A stretch of DNA of 64,000 nt from Octopus vulgaris (GCA_951406725.2 OX597831.1:31434001-31498000), one strand, 5' to 3'. Positions 38,958-52,705 are shown, counted from the first letter of the stretch. The notes: generated by a model from the letters alone, not told the origin. Numbers and translations: made by a program.

Positions 38958-39589
38958 GTTGAAGGTATGTTTCTATGTAAAAAGTATGTTTATATATACT
39001 TGCACACACATGCACATTCATATACTCACTCAAAGAAATCATTGCAAACCCACTTTCGTTTCATTTTGCTTCCTCACCCCACAACACTAAACCCCACCCC
39101 TCTCATATATCCTGGAGTTTATCCCATCAGCCAACCACTAAAGTTGTTTGTACCTTCCCCACCTCTCCCTATTTGTCTCACTGCCATACACTCTTCCCAT
39201 TCACTTCAACTTCTCTTTCCACTAGTTTAGTATTAAACATTTAATATATTTTTGCCTGTTTGGATTTAAATTAGATTTAACATTAGCCTTCATCTGCCAA
39301 CAGGAGTTCTGCGACGTGACTATGAGCTCAGCAGGAGAGTAAATGGCCGAGGTCATCCACACCCCAGCAGTCTGTCGTCTGAAACCTTATCAGTCAGGGT
39401 TGTTGCAATTCCTTACATCTGTAGACACAAATGTAATTTCATGGGAATATGTTTGGTGTAGCACTAAAAGTTTATCTCTTGAACAAGGTTCCAGGAAATA
39501 TTCTTGGTTTTGAACATCAGATTAAAAACCTGAATTGTTGTCTTTATTATTATTATTATCATTATTATTATTAGCAGTAGTAGTAATAA

Positions 39590-39803
39590 TATTCTACTAT
39601 AGGCACAAAGCCTGAAATTTAGGGAAGTGAGGACTAGTCAGTTACATCGACCCCAGTATTTCACTGGTGCTTAATTTATCGACTCCAAAGGAATGAAAAG
39701 CAAAGTCAACCTCGGTGGAATTTGAACTCAGAATGTAAAGACAGATGATATGCTGGTAAGCATTTCAGCCGATGTGCTAATGATTCTGCTAGCTCACCGT
39801 CTT
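39590..39803 (-). mobile_element. SINE family B
   Basis: Shared core, flanked by (ATT)/(AAT) tracts. Confidence 0.8.
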
Positions 39804-39844
39804 AATAATAATAATAATAATAATAATAACAATAATAATAATAA

Positions 39845-40215
39845 CAAAAGTAGTCAGAGAGCACAAACCTCTGCCAAGGCCACACCAACATCCTCTCAAC
39901 AATTAGCCAGAGATGATTTTTAAAATGAGAATATCTGAAATAAACTCAACTGCTCTCACAAATGAGTGAACTAAAAATGAACCTGATTGCTCTCAAAAAT
40001 TAAGTAAAAATAAAAAACAGAAACAATAATACAGAATCCTTGTCCAATATCGGATCGATCCCAAAAATCTAATCAGTTCGTGCCAGTCACAAGGCCAAGC
40101 ATCCCTGAAAGTTTCATCCAAATCCGTTCAGCAATTCTTGAGATATCTTGTCCATGGACAAACAAACAAACACAACTGAAAACGATACCTCTGCCTTCGC
40201 TAAAGCGGAGATAAT
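39845..40215 (+). mobile_element. Helentron-associated (HINE/DINE-1-like) non-autonomous element
   Basis: CCTCTGCC near both ends, 3' hairpin CTCTGC-CTTCGCTAAA-GCGGAG, internal (ACAA)n and AAGTTTCATCCAAATCCGTTCAGC motif. Inserted in (AAT)n. Confidence 0.6.
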
Positions 40216-40598
40216 AATAAGGACATTGGATAATGACTTAGATATTGTGGGATGGCCATGGTTGGAACAACTTCAGTCTTGTGTCTACTTGATCACTGTT
40301 GAATACTGAGCTAGAACTGAAAAGCGATAATGTTCTAAATAGGTTGTTTTTTTTTGTGTGTGTCACTCAATTTCTTAGAAATAGCAACCAAAACTCCCTC
40401 AAATCACACTGTAATGTCTTTAAAAGAGACCTATTGTATAGTGTAGTGTTAGGTACACTATGCCTGATTAAAAATTAAGATGGAATAGCCATAGACAAGA
40501 ACAGTTTTGATTACAAGTCTGCTGGACTTAGAACTAAACAACACCAATAACAAGAACAACTACCAAGAATTATGGAGAATGACCAAATAATGTATATT

Positions 40599-40758
40599 GG
40601 TAACCAACATTATCCCCTCTCCCTATTTCGTGGAATCATCTAAGACAGTGCAACATTTGAGCTTGGCCAAATTAATCAAGTTACCTAGGTAACTGATCTT
40701 ATCCCTCCCTCCCTCCCTTCCCCATTCAGTGGAATCCTCTGGAACGGTGCAACATTTG
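40599..40758. repeat. Old tandem duplication (~89-bp period)
   Basis: GGTAAC...TTATCCC...GTGGAATC...GTGCAACATTTG occurs twice. Confidence 0.75.
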
Positions 40759-41052
40759 TCAAGAACAATGCCAATAGTTTAGTAGCCATTATTGTAGCAA
40801 ACATTTAAATTGTACATTTCACCTGTTTTAATTGATATTGTGTGTCACATGACTTGCTGTACTTTCTTCTGACTTTAATTAGTCAATAGAATCATGTTAC
40901 TAATTAACTAACAGAATTATGTTACTAAGTCAAGGTTGCTTGATAAGTTACAAAAAAATTCAGTTCAAATGCTAGAAGATTGTATTAGAAGGTACTGAAA
41001 ACCAAAACTGTTACTAGTATATGGATGTATGTATGTATGTGTGTGTGAGTGA

Positions 41053-41084
<32 letters not shown>

Positions 41085-41487
41085 GGCTCTGAATTCTATG
41101 GAAAAATCTGTAGATAGAATTCTTTAAAATATGAATTTTGCACTGCTAAAATAAGACACAATATTGACTCTGTAGTATAATATGGTGGTAAAAGGAAATA
41201 CTGAGTCTTTACAAGCAATTAGTGTTGCTGTATATCAGAAGGATCATTATAACAATATCAAACACATGAATTAGTTTTATTTCACCTCTTTTATTATTAT
41301 TATTATTGAAATATTCAATGTATATTATAATTCTTTTTTGGAACAGTTTTTCAACCCAAAATTTACATGCTATTATTTTGTAGCTTTATCTGCTTCGAGA
41401 TCCACTGTTAAAAAAAAAAAATCATGTTGCAAAAGTTTATAAAAACAACTTTATAATGTCAACAATATGTGTGTGTGTGTATATATG

Positions 41488-41531
<44 letters not shown>

Positions 41532-42161
41532 AATAGATAGATATATATTGTGTGTGTGTATGCACATGTCTAGTCTGTATGAACACCAAACATGATAAAT
41601 GGCTACAACATAGTTTTGTGGAAGACAAAATGCAAGCAGGAGAAATTGAAGTTTCTGCTATGTGAAAGTCTTAAAATCTTTCCATTATATATCATTAGCT
41701 GGCCTGTCCCCTAACACCCTATGGGGAGCAAGTAAAGGAGCCTTTATGCAGTTTCTCAACCCAGTAGAAAATAGTAGCAAAATCATTATCATCATCATCA
41801 TCATCATCATCGTTGTTTACTGACTGTGTGTTTCACTACCAAACTGTCCTTCCATCCCCTATTTCCCTATTAGATATTTTCACTCCTCTGTCCCTTCATT
41901 TAGAGGCAAGCTCTAAACCCCGTTCCACTCATCATGACCTGTTTCACAGTCTCTCCACTCACCATGACTCATTTCACTAGCATACTACCCCCTCCACTCA
42001 TCATGCCCATTTCCCTCCAAAACTGCCCCTCCACGCATGGTGACTCATTTCACACCCAAATTGCCCCTCCATTCATGTTTTACTGTGTGACACCAATTCT
42101 TTACCTTTTCTTTTCATTCCCTAACCTCTCCCTCTCTCTCTCTGTTTCCCCCCTCCCTACC

Positions 42162-42210
<49 letters not shown>

Positions 42211-42764
42211 CCCCCACTACTGGCTCCCTCTTCTGTAAATCACTTCTAATTTATTTTATTAATAATTTAATGTGATATTCATTCAATGCAATTCTTACCT
42301 TTTAAGTATTTAAATTAAAAAAACAAAAGGATTGAAATTTAAAAAAAAAAAAGGAGGCAAGCAGTTTTGGAGAGAAGCATAATACATGTTGTGGTCCCTG
42401 ATTTATTTATCGAAATACCATAAATAAATTATATATATATATTTTTTTTTATACTTTATGTATTGAGTCATTAGTTTTTTTGGGGGTGGGGTGGGGGCAT
42501 TCTGTTTGTAAAACCAAATTTAATTTATCTTTTATCACTTGTATCTCTTTTTCAGTCTTCCGTCTTTTTCAGTTTTTTTTTTTAATTATTTTTTTAACCT
42601 TTTAATCAGGAAATATTGCAGTGCCTCTAACCCTTTACAGGGCTGCTGAGATTGTTGGAAAGGAGGAGGGTATCCCCAAACCAGAGACATGCTCCGAATG
42701 CTTACATCAGAGTGAACTCTGCTGAAAGTACCCAAGATGCTATTTAGGCCAAGCAACAGGTTAA

Positions 42765-42985
42765 CCCTTTCGTTACCAACCCAGCTAAAACCGGCTCTGG
42801 CTCTGCAGTACAAATGTCTTGTTTTCATAAATTTTGAATTAAAATCTTCCACCAAATTTTAGTCACAATTTATGTTCCTAATACTAGCTTAATGATAATA
42901 AAGTTATTTTACTAAATTCTTTGTTACATCTAAAATAATTGAAAGAAACACAGAGCATCTCAAAATAAATACGGTAATGAAAGGG
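42765..42985. mobile_element. Intact 221-bp TTAA MITE (piggyBac-like)
   Basis: TTAA-CCCTTTCGTTACC ... GGTAATGAAAGGG-TTAA: 13-bp TIR with one mismatch and a perfect TTAA TSD. Confidence 0.9.
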
Positions 42986-43623
42986 TTAAGTCTACCACTC
43001 AAGGAAGGCCATTATTAGGAATTGATTTCAGAGCATGGGAAGTTGGAGTAAATAATCCTTACTAGTATAGGTAGAAAGGCCTGAATTATTGGAGCAAGGA
43101 GGTGGGGGAGGGGCTTGTCAATTACATTAGCTCCAGTTTTCAACTGGTACTTATTTTATCGACCCTGAACCTGAAAGTACGAATGGCAACGTCAACCTCA
43201 GCAGCATTTGAACTCAGAACATAAAGAAAGGAGAATTGGCATTAAGCACTTTTTCTTACATGCTACCAATTCTGCCAGCTCGCTGCCCCCTTTGGAGTCA
43301 ATAAATAGTGCAGGGCACATACAGTTAGTTACCTTTAAGATCTTTGAAAGGATGAAAGATAAAGTTAACTGTTCCAGGATTTAAACTCACAGTTGAAACA
43401 ATTACTGTGAGGCATTTTAACACTTTAACGACACTTAATTCAGCTGTGTGTGTGTTTTTGGAGATGAGGAATGTTGTTTACAAATGAACTGTCAAGACAA
43501 ATAACATCCTAGGTTCTGCAGCTGGCTTATTTAAAGAATAGGATTTCCGGGACACAACGCAGCCCTCATCAAATCCTTGCCATCATGGGACATTAACCAA
43601 CGATGACCCCCCCACACACACAC

Positions 43624-43664
<41 letters not shown>

Positions 43665-43804
43665 GAAATGTCATATTTCTACTGTTTTATTAATTCCCAA
43701 ATCTCATATTGTGTCTTCTTAACATCACCCTGTGTCAGTCCTGTACTCTTTACAAACGAGAATGTCACCTGCATTTCACTTACTCTCTTATAAGATTATA
43801 GTTT

Positions 43805-44800
43805 CTCTCTCTGCCTCATTCACTCCCTCCCTCCCTCTCCGCCTCTTTCCGTCTCCCCTTCTCTGCCTCATTCACTCTCCTTCTCTTTGCCACATTCACT
43901 CTCCCACTCTCTGCCTCTTTCTCTCTCCCACTCTCTGCCTCTTTCTCTCTCCCACTCTCTGCCTCTTTCTCTCTCCCCCTCTCTGCTTCGTTCACTCTCC
44001 TCCCTCTCTGCTTCATTCACTCTCCCCCCTCTCTGCCTCATTCACTCTCCCTCTCTTTGCCACATTCACTCTCCCACTCTCTGCCTCTTTCACTCTCCCC
44101 CTCTCTGCTTCATTCACTCTCCCCCCTCTCTGCTTCATTCACTCTCCCCCCCTCTCTGCCTCATTCACTCTCCTCCCTCTCTGCTTTATTCACTCTCCTC
44201 CCTCTCTGCTTTATTCACTCTCCTCCCTCTCTGCTTTATTCACTCTCCTCCCTCTCTGCTTTATTCACTCTCCTCCCTCTCTGCTTTATTCGCTCTCCCC
44301 CCTTTCTGCCTCGTTCACTCTCTCCCCTCTCTGCCTCTTTCTCTCTCTCCCCTCTCTGCCCCTTTCTCTCTCTCTCTCTCTCTCCCCTCTCTGCATCTTT
44401 CTCTCTCTCTCTACCTCTTTGCCTCTTTCCCTCCCCTTTCTGCCTCTTTCTCTCTCACCCCTCTCTCCCTCTATGCCTCTTTCTCTCTTCCTTCTCTCTG
44501 CCTCTTTCTTTCTCTCCCCCCTCTCTGCCTCTTTCTCTCTCTCCCCCCTCTCTGCCTCTTTCTCTCTTCCCCCTCACTGCCTCTTTCTCTCACCCCCCTC
44601 ACTGCCTCTTTCTCTCTTCCCCCTCACTGCCTCTTTCTCTCTTCCCCCTCACTGCCTCTTTCTCTCTTCCTCTTCTCTGCCTCTTTCTCTCTCCCCCATC
44701 TTTGCCTCTTTCTCTATCTCCCCCCTCTCCGCCTCTTTCTCTCTCCCTCTCTGCCTCTTTCTCTCTCCCTCTCTGCCTCTTTCACACTCCCTCCCTCCTG
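43805..44800. repeat. ~1-kb polypyrimidine minisatellite, 22-25-bp units
   Basis: Units such as CTCTCTGCTTTATTCACTCTCCTCC and CTCACTGCCTCTTTCTCTCTTCCCC. It explains the three overlapping S/L/P-rich ORFs. Confidence 0.95.
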
Positions 44801-46156
44801 TCTTCTAATGAATGCAGGCGCCTCCAGCCACAACCTGCCTCCTGTCAGCTCCATTTCCACAGGCAATCCAAGTGCCTTCTTCCATAGACACCTGTCAAGA
44901 AGGTACCAGCTGGGTGGTTTGGCTAGGTATCCAGTTTCTATCAAGACCTGAGCAATGACTTGTCTCAGACATTTTGTACCGGTTAGTTTAACAAGTTAAA
45001 AACAGCTTCTGAAGACTTTGGGAATTATAAGTGCCTTTTATTTTATACAAGTGTCTTTTATTTTTGTTTGTCATTCCATTCAGGAGAAAGGTCAATGTGC
45101 CATTACTCTTGTTACATTTTCCTACTCTGCATAATATATATGTTGAGCAGTGTAAAATAGAAATGGTTTACAAGAACAGGCACAGTTTTGTAGCATAAAG
45201 TTGGTGTGAAGTAATTCTAGCTCCAAGACTGGCTGTAATCGTTATTCCAGATGTGGGGTTTCTGCTCTGGTACAAAGAGCAGCATCAACAGCTTGTCTGT
45301 GGGTGTAACATTGAAAAGTCACTATTCCCAACCTAGTTCTTTAGACTGGATGTAGGGTTAGCAGCCCTGTCAAATGAAACCCCTCCTTATTAAAGAAAAA
45401 AAAAAAAAAAAACATCAGAAAGTAGAACACCTGAACCAAACAGGGAAATCTCTGACAGAAGACATTCTCTGTTTGAAGTCCTTCTAAGGAAACTAAAGAG
45501 ATTAACAGTATGCTTCACCTAGCATAAAGAACCTTTTGAAAGGGTTGCAATGTAAGGTGCGCTAAGAAGAAACCAGTGCTCCATAAAGTGAATATTCTCA
45601 GAATAATGAAGTTATTGAAAAAATGCTAAGAAGTTTGCTTCCCAACCACATGGTTCCAGGTTCAATTCCACTGCATGACACCTTGGGCTAGTGTTTTTTT
45701 TACTATAGCCTCAGGCTCACCGAAGATGTGTCATTTGTTTGTATAAAGTAATAAAATTGAATTGAGTTTATCAATTAATGATTTAATTATTTAATTGTTC
45801 AATTTATTGTTTTGGCTTCCATTTCTAATTCATATTTATATATTGGTAAACTGTATGTTTATTTTATTTATTTGCCTATTTGTTAAGATCAATAGTTCAT
45901 AAGTTTGTTATTGATATAGTAAAAAAAGATACCAGTAAATTCTTTTGATATCTAATATCCCTTAGCTGGTTATTTAACACCTAGCTAAATTGTTATATAT
46001 ATAAACGGAGTGGTTGGCATTAGGAAGGGCATCCAGCTGTAGAAGCTCTGCCAAATCAAGATTGGAGTCTGGTGCAGCCATCTGGTTCGCCAGCCCTCAG
46101 TCAAAATTGTCCAACCCATGCTAGCATGGAAAGCAAACGTTAAACGAGGATGATGA

Positions 46157-46206
<50 letters not shown>

Positions 46207-46654
46207 GTGTATATGTATATATAAACAAATAATATAAGACTTAATTTTTATATATAAACACACCAGTGTTAGTGTGTTTATGTCCCCATAACTTAGCGAT
46301 TCAGCAAAAGACTAATGGAATAAATACCAGGTTTAAAGGAAAAAACAAAGTAAGCACTGAGGCTTGTTCATTCAGCTAAAAATTTCTCCAGGCAGTGCCC
46401 CAGCATGGCCGCAGTCTAAAGACTGAAACAAGAAAATATCTAAGGGAGATAAAATGCACCTCTGTTGATAGAATTTCGATAAAATGTTTCCCTTTCCAGA
46501 TACAAGATGAAATATTTGTAGCAGATTTGAATTGGTATGGCAGTTATTATATCAACCATTTGTCTTTTATAAACTGTTGTTCTTGAGACCAACGGCCAGG
46601 TGTTTTTTTTATAGTTAACCATTTTAAAGACCAATGCGCTTAAGACCATTCTTT

Positions 46655-46848
46655 GTTGTATCATACAAAACCTCCCATTTTAAATATTTTATTAAATATA
46701 TAATTCAATTTTATTACTTTATATAAACAAATGACACATCTTCGGTTAGCCTGAGGCTATAGTAAAAAACACTAGCCCAAGGTGTCATGCAGTGAAATTG
46801 AACCTGGAACCATGTGGTTGTATCATACAAAACCTCCCATTTTAAATA
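46655..46848. repeat. Inverted copy (46702-46820) of 45643-45763, flanked by a 32-bp direct repeat
   Basis: GTTGTATCATACAAAACCTCCCATTTTAAATA at 46655-46686 and 46817-46848. Confidence 0.9.
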
Positions 46849-46878
46849 CTTTATTTAGCACTTTTGATACCAACCTGT

Positions 46879-47109
46879 TTCTTTGTTACCCACAAGGGGC
46901 TAAACACAGAGGAGACAAACAAGGACAGACAAACGGATTAAGTCGATTATATCGACCCCAGTACGTAACTGGTACTTAATTTATCGACCCCGAAAGGATG
47001 AAAGGCAAAGTCGACCTCGGCAGAATTTGAACTCAGAACGTAACGGCCGACGAAATACGGCTACGCATTTCACCCGGCGTGCTAACGTTTCTGCCAGCTC
47101 GCCACCCTT
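46879..47109 (-). mobile_element. Young full-length family B SINE with 19-bp TSD
   Basis: ACTTTTGATACCAACCTGT at 46860-46878 and 47110-47128. CpGs retained. Confidence 0.93.
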
Positions 47110-47736
47110 ACTTTTGATACCAACCTGTCTGAGACTCCCCCTCCCCAGGTGGTTTTAAAGTGATCCAAATTAAAGCCTTCATGTTAATCTTTGTTCCAAA
47201 CACCAGATTGATTATGCTATTTTACTAAATTCTTCATTATTATTTAAATTAGCTGAAACAAATGCAGTACATTTCCTCATAACTACAGTAACTAAATCCT
47301 TGAAGGCAGTTGCCCCAGCATGGCCACAGACCGAATCCCCAAAAAATAGCAAGATAATAAGATATTCCTCAAATGCCCGATTAATAATAAACCTTTCTAC
47401 TATAGGCACAAAGTCTGAAATTGGTGGGTGGTGGAGGGTAGTCGATTACATCAACCCTCAGTACTCAACTGGTACCTAATTTATCGACTACCAGATTAAT
47501 AGTAATTTCAAAGCTGGCATCTAACAAAGTCCCTCCAAATTCTTAATTATTTTAAAAATTTCATGAAACACATTTTGCAGAGGATTTCATGACAAATATG
47601 CCAATGAAACAACATTCATGTTCTGTTTGAGTCAAGAGGTGTTGCAGTATTCATTTCAGAAAGTTTAATCCTATTGTGAGTTCAAGTCTAGATGTGCCTT
47701 TCACAACGACCAGGACCTTTGAAATATATACCAGTG

Positions 47737-47788
<52 letters not shown>

Positions 47789-47789
47789 G

Positions 47790-47969
47790 AGCATGCCAAC
47801 AGAAGAAAGAGTGAGAGAAAGTTGCAGTAGGGATCGTCACCACCCCCTGCTGGAGCCTCATGGAGCTTTAGGTGTTTTCACTCAATAAACACTTGCAACA
47901 CCCAGTCTGGGAATTGAAACCGCGATCCTACGACCGCGAGTCCGCTGCCCTAACCACTGGGCCATTGTG

Positions 47970-47972
<3 letters not shown>
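47790..47972 (-). mobile_element. tRNA-derived SINE, fourth family
   Basis: Minus-strand head AGGCACAATGGCCCAGTGGTTAGGGCAGCGGACTCGCGGTCGTAGGATCGCGGTTTCAATTCCC (A and B boxes), embedded in (TA)n. Confidence 0.75.
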
Positions 47973-48010
<38 letters not shown>

Positions 48011-48839
48011 ATTATTATTAGATAATACAACAAATAGTTTATTTATATTTTTAACTGTTTTTCATCCTGTTGGATGTTGCCCAGCTGGAGTCTTAGCAAC
48101 AGTAACAAATGTTAAAACAAGTTTCTGCACTCATCTAGACATGAATATCATTTTGATTCAATTGGGGACAGGTGCCTTACTTAGCATGTCAGCTAACTGA
48201 GGCAGGGTTCATTCAACAATGAAGGAAGGCAGGCTGTGTCGCAATTGATAACATATATTGACTAATGAGTGATCACTTTGCTGCATCAGTGGCTTTTGCG
48301 GTGACTGTTTCTATCATTGGTACTTCCTCCCCCTCCTCCTACAAAATATTGTGTGTGTGTGTGTGTGTGTGTCTAGCCAGAAGGAATTCGTTTTCCTGTT
48401 AAATTCATTTCGGGCCAGTAGTTTGGGAAACCAACGGGATAGGAGTCGGGGAAAGAAATTACAAAGGGATGCATTCTTTTTGGAGGAATAAGTATGGGGC
48501 TGCAGAATGTTTTGTGCTGGGTCTGGGAGGTGGAACCCAAATCTCTGTTACTCAAAAAAAGTGCTCAAGTCTTGTTTGCTCCAGACCCTTACCCACGTTT
48601 CATGCCTTAGATTTATTGCTTGTTGTTATTCAGCTGGTCTATGATCAAAGGCATTCCAGCTATGACTCACATACCAGGCATGGCTGTGTGATAAGAAACC
48701 TGCCTCCCAACCACATAGTTTCAGGTTCAGTCCCACTGTATGGCACATTGGGCAAGTGTCCTTTATTATAGCCTTGGGTCAACCAAAGCTTTGTGGGTGG
48801 ATTAGGTAGCTCATTGTATATTATTATTATTATTATTAT

Positions 48840-49065
48840 TATCATCATTTAGCGTCCGCTTTCCATGCTAGCATGGGTTGGACGGTTCAACTGGGGTCTG
48901 GGAAGCCAGAAGGCTGCACCAGGCCCAGTCTGATCTGGCAATGTTTCTACGGCTGGATGCCCTTCCTAACGCCAACCACTTTGTGCGTGTGGTGGGTGCT
49001 TTTTACGTGCCACCGGCACAGGTGCCAGACGAGTCTGGCTAACAGCCACGATCGGATGGTGCTTT
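48840..49065 (-). mobile_element. Family C retroposon 3' region
   Basis: Reverse complement of 6685-6910. Confidence 0.8.
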
Positions 49066-50195
49066 AGATAAAGTAAAATAAAATAAAATAAATTGAAATA
49101 AATTGAGGCAAATGTGAAGTTTAGTTCCGTCCCAGGTCAAACCATATATATATATATATATACATATAAATATGTGTGTGTGTTACTGTATCTTTGTTTT
49201 GACATTGTGTGGTAGTTGCAAATGAATGCCACAGTCATGCAGGTGGCACAGTTTGTTTCTAGTCTTCTGTGAAAACACGTTTGGCCCGGGGAAATATTAC
49301 CTTATTTGGAAACGGATGAGGATTGGTGACAGGAATCATATCCGGCCTCGACAAATTCTGCCTGACGCATGTAAGCATGGAAAAGTGGACATTAAAATAA
49401 CCATGACGACGATGATGATGATGATGGACCATAGAGTACCCTAGACTAGGTTACCCAATATGACCTTCATTTGTTTTTTTTGAGATGTTGCAATGTGATG
49501 TAAGGATGATTTTGTCATTATTTCTAATTTCTAACAAGCAAAACAACCACCTAGAGGCTTCCTGGAATTAATGTTGCTTTTCTTTTTTTTTTTTTTTTTT
49601 TTTGCTTTTTCATTTTTCTCCAAATGTCAACAGAATCCTCACTGCAGTCAGTAGAGGTTATTTTACCACAATATAAATATTTACTTAAAGCTACTCACCA
49701 AACAAATGTATATTTATCTTATTATTCATGTCATATTTATGTTACTTGTTGTTTATCAACCGACACACATTGCTTCTTCTATTTCCAAAACAAAAGCACT
49801 AATGAGATAACTAATATTAAGTTTTAAATTTAGATTTTGAATTTAAATGTCTCACTGAAAAGATTTAATTTTCTCCTCCCCCCCCCCTCGCTTTGCTATC
49901 CCAGCAATCTCTGCTATTCAGGTCAGTGGAGTTACACATTGGTTCCTTTATTCCGTCTGCGTACAAAGGGTAGATTTATATGGTGCATGATGAGTCTGCC
50001 GGCTGATGCTGCTGTAATGGCAGTGAGGCATGGGAAGTAAAGTGCGGAACACCAATGGCAGCAGCACCAGCACCAGCAGCAGAGGAACTGGCTCATTCTT
50101 GTATGGTCCATTGCACTTACTTAAAGGAACACTGGTTGCTGCTGGGTGTTGAGACTTTTTATTTGCAAGGATGTGGAGAGGCTACTGACTCTGGT

Positions 50196-50247
<52 letters not shown>

Positions 50248-50994
50248 ATCTATCTATCTATCTATCTCTTCCTCTTTCTCTTCCTCTCTTTCTCTTCTTC
50301 TCTTTCTCTTCCTCTCTTTCAGTTTCTCTCTTTTACTGGCCATCACTCTTGCCCTCTCCAGTTGTCTTTCTTCCTTTCTTCAATTCTCTCTCTCTCCCCC
50401 CCTTGCTCCTCTTCCCTTGCTCTTCTCCTCTTGCACATATCTTCCACTTACTCTCTCTCTCTCTCAGTCTGTTATTCTTATTTAACCCCATGTCAGTGAT
50501 ATTCCAGCAGAGCATCCATGTAATGACCCTCCCATCGACTATTCAGGCAAAGTATATCAAGGACTGCATTATTTAATATGTCCACTTTTTTAAATGGCAA
50601 AATGTGGTTTTAGATTGTCTTTGTTGCTATTTCTAGCAAGTCAAGTGACTATATGCAGGCATCCTTATTGACTCTAGATCACATAAAAATAGTCAGGACA
50701 GTAAATCATTTCAACCCCCAATATCTTACTGGTACTTATTTTGAATATAGCTGTTGAGGAGTTAATAACTAAAACAGTTATATGGGTAAAGGTGTGTATG
50801 TATGTATGTATATATATGTATATATATATATATATATATATTCGTTTATCCTTTTACCTGTTTCAGTCATTTGACGACTGTGTCCATACTGGAGCACTGC
50901 CTTTAGTCAAACAAATCGAACCCAGGACTTATTCTTTGTAAGCCTAGTACTTGTTCTAGCAGTCTCTTTTGCCAAACTGCTAAGTTACAGGGAC

Positions 50995-51035
<41 letters not shown>

Positions 51036-51179
51036 CTTTCACCCAGTATAACTGTTTTATTTTATTAACTCCATTCTCAACAGTTCTATGTCCAAAATAA
51101 GTACCAGTAAAATATTAGGGGGTTGAAATAATTTACCGTACTGATTTTCCAGGTCAATGAATGTTCTGTATAGCAGATA

Positions 51180-51520
51180 GCTCTTGGTTAAGTTCTTCTT
51201 CAGTTATTTCATTAGGAAGGTGCCATCTGTAGTACCCTGATGGGGTCTCATGCCTGAACTCCATCTCAGCTGATTTTTTCCTCCCAATTAATTGTACTCC
51301 CACTGTTTCTGTTATTTTTATAACTTAGTCTATCAATTCGATGGCTCTGTAGTTGCCTCCTCCTAGAACATTTCCTTTGCCCTCCTCGAAGCAGCTGATA
51401 ATGATGATGATGCTGCCAGTCACTAGGTGTGACACCTAAAGGATTGACTATAAGAATAATCAGGGCATGTCCTGTTTTGCCAGATATTTCCAGCTTCACA
51501 GCTACTCTCCTTAATAATCC
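51180..51520 (-). pseudogene. RTE-clade LINE reverse-transcriptase fragment (N-terminal RT region)
   Basis: Minus-strand translation DW..SIIIIISCFEEGKGNVLGGGNYRAIELID*VIKITE and GTTDGTFLMK*L, matching the KG..NYR.I.L and STTDAIF motifs of non-LTR RTs. Confidence 0.75.
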
Positions 51521-51633
51521 AGTTACTTTCCTTGCCTTTATATCTTTAGTCACACTTTCAGCTGTATGGCAAAGGTGGCCTTTCTGTTGAGTCTACATAG
51601 AATAATCTCCCACCCCCTCTCTCTCTTCCTCTC

Positions 51634-51697
<64 letters not shown>

Positions 51698-51893
51698 GTA
51701 TACTCCTTGTTCAGCAATCTTTCACCATAACATTTCCATAGGCACAAGTGTAACTGTGTAGTAAGAAGCTTGCTCCCCATTCACATGGTTCCAGGTTCAA
51801 TCCCTCTGTGAGTCACTTTGGGCAAGTGTCTTCTATTTATCACCTTGGGTCAACCAGAATGGCTAGACCAGAAACTGAAAGAAGCCCCTTGTA

Positions 51894-51933
<40 letters not shown>

Positions 51934-52149
51934 CCCCATTATACTCTTGACTACCATGTTGGTTTGTTTATGTCCACACTACTTAGCAGTTCAGTGAAAG
52001 TGACCAATAGAACAAGTACTGGCATCAATTCATTTGACTAAAAATTCTTCAAGGAAGTGCCCCAGCATGGCCACAGTCTAACGGCTGAAACAAGTAAAAG
52101 ATAAAAGGCAGCCTTCTCAACATCAGTAACAGCAGGTATTTTGCTATCA

Positions 52150-52705
52150 TCTATAATAATAAATGTGAAAATGAATTTCTGTGTGTCAGTGTGTCACACT
52201 TTGCCCCTTCCCCCCCTCTCTCATTATTCAATGACACTTCTTTGACTCCTCTTGCTGGGGTGAGAGTAATAGTAGGCATAGAGACAGTGAGGGCAGTAGT
52301 AGATTGACAGTTGGGATGGAAATGGGGTGATGTGGTAGCTGAGGCGGTCAAGCATGACGGTGATAGTAAAGAATGTGAAAGACAGTGGTGATGGTGGTGG
52401 CGTCAGAAGTCTAAATGAGGTGTGTGTGGCAGTTGAGGTGGTGATGGTGGTGATACTGGTGATGGTAATGGTTGAAAACAAAGAAAGAAAGAGAGAGAGA
52501 AAGAAAGAAGCTAGAGGGGGAAAAAAATTGTACTGACCCCCACCCTGAATGGGAAGACAAAAAACGTTTATCATGAAGCTTTGCAATAAGTTCCAAGTCT
52601 GACAAATTATATCATTGTTTTGATGAAAATTGTTAATTGCTTGAAAGATATTGGTCAAGTTTAATAAAACTTAATATGTACTCAATGCACGAGGTGATAT
52701 TACTG
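52150..52705 (+). mobile_element. Possible old non-autonomous Helitron
   Basis: A|TCTATAATAATAAATGTGAAAATGAATTTCTGTGTGTCAGTGTGTCAC 5' signature. No clean 3' hairpin or CTAG. Confidence 0.35.

Noticed and set aside
43732-44951. Three overlapping Ser/Leu/Pro-rich ORFs
   Set aside because: Artefact of the polypyrimidine minisatellite.
47900-47972. Possible tRNA gene
   Set aside because: A and B boxes are present but there is no proper acceptor stem and it continues into a SINE body. The same applies to family A heads.
51266-51553. Host exon suggested by the minus-strand ORF and a TTTAG acceptor
   Set aside because: Another frame gives RTE reverse-transcriptase motifs, so it is a LINE fossil.
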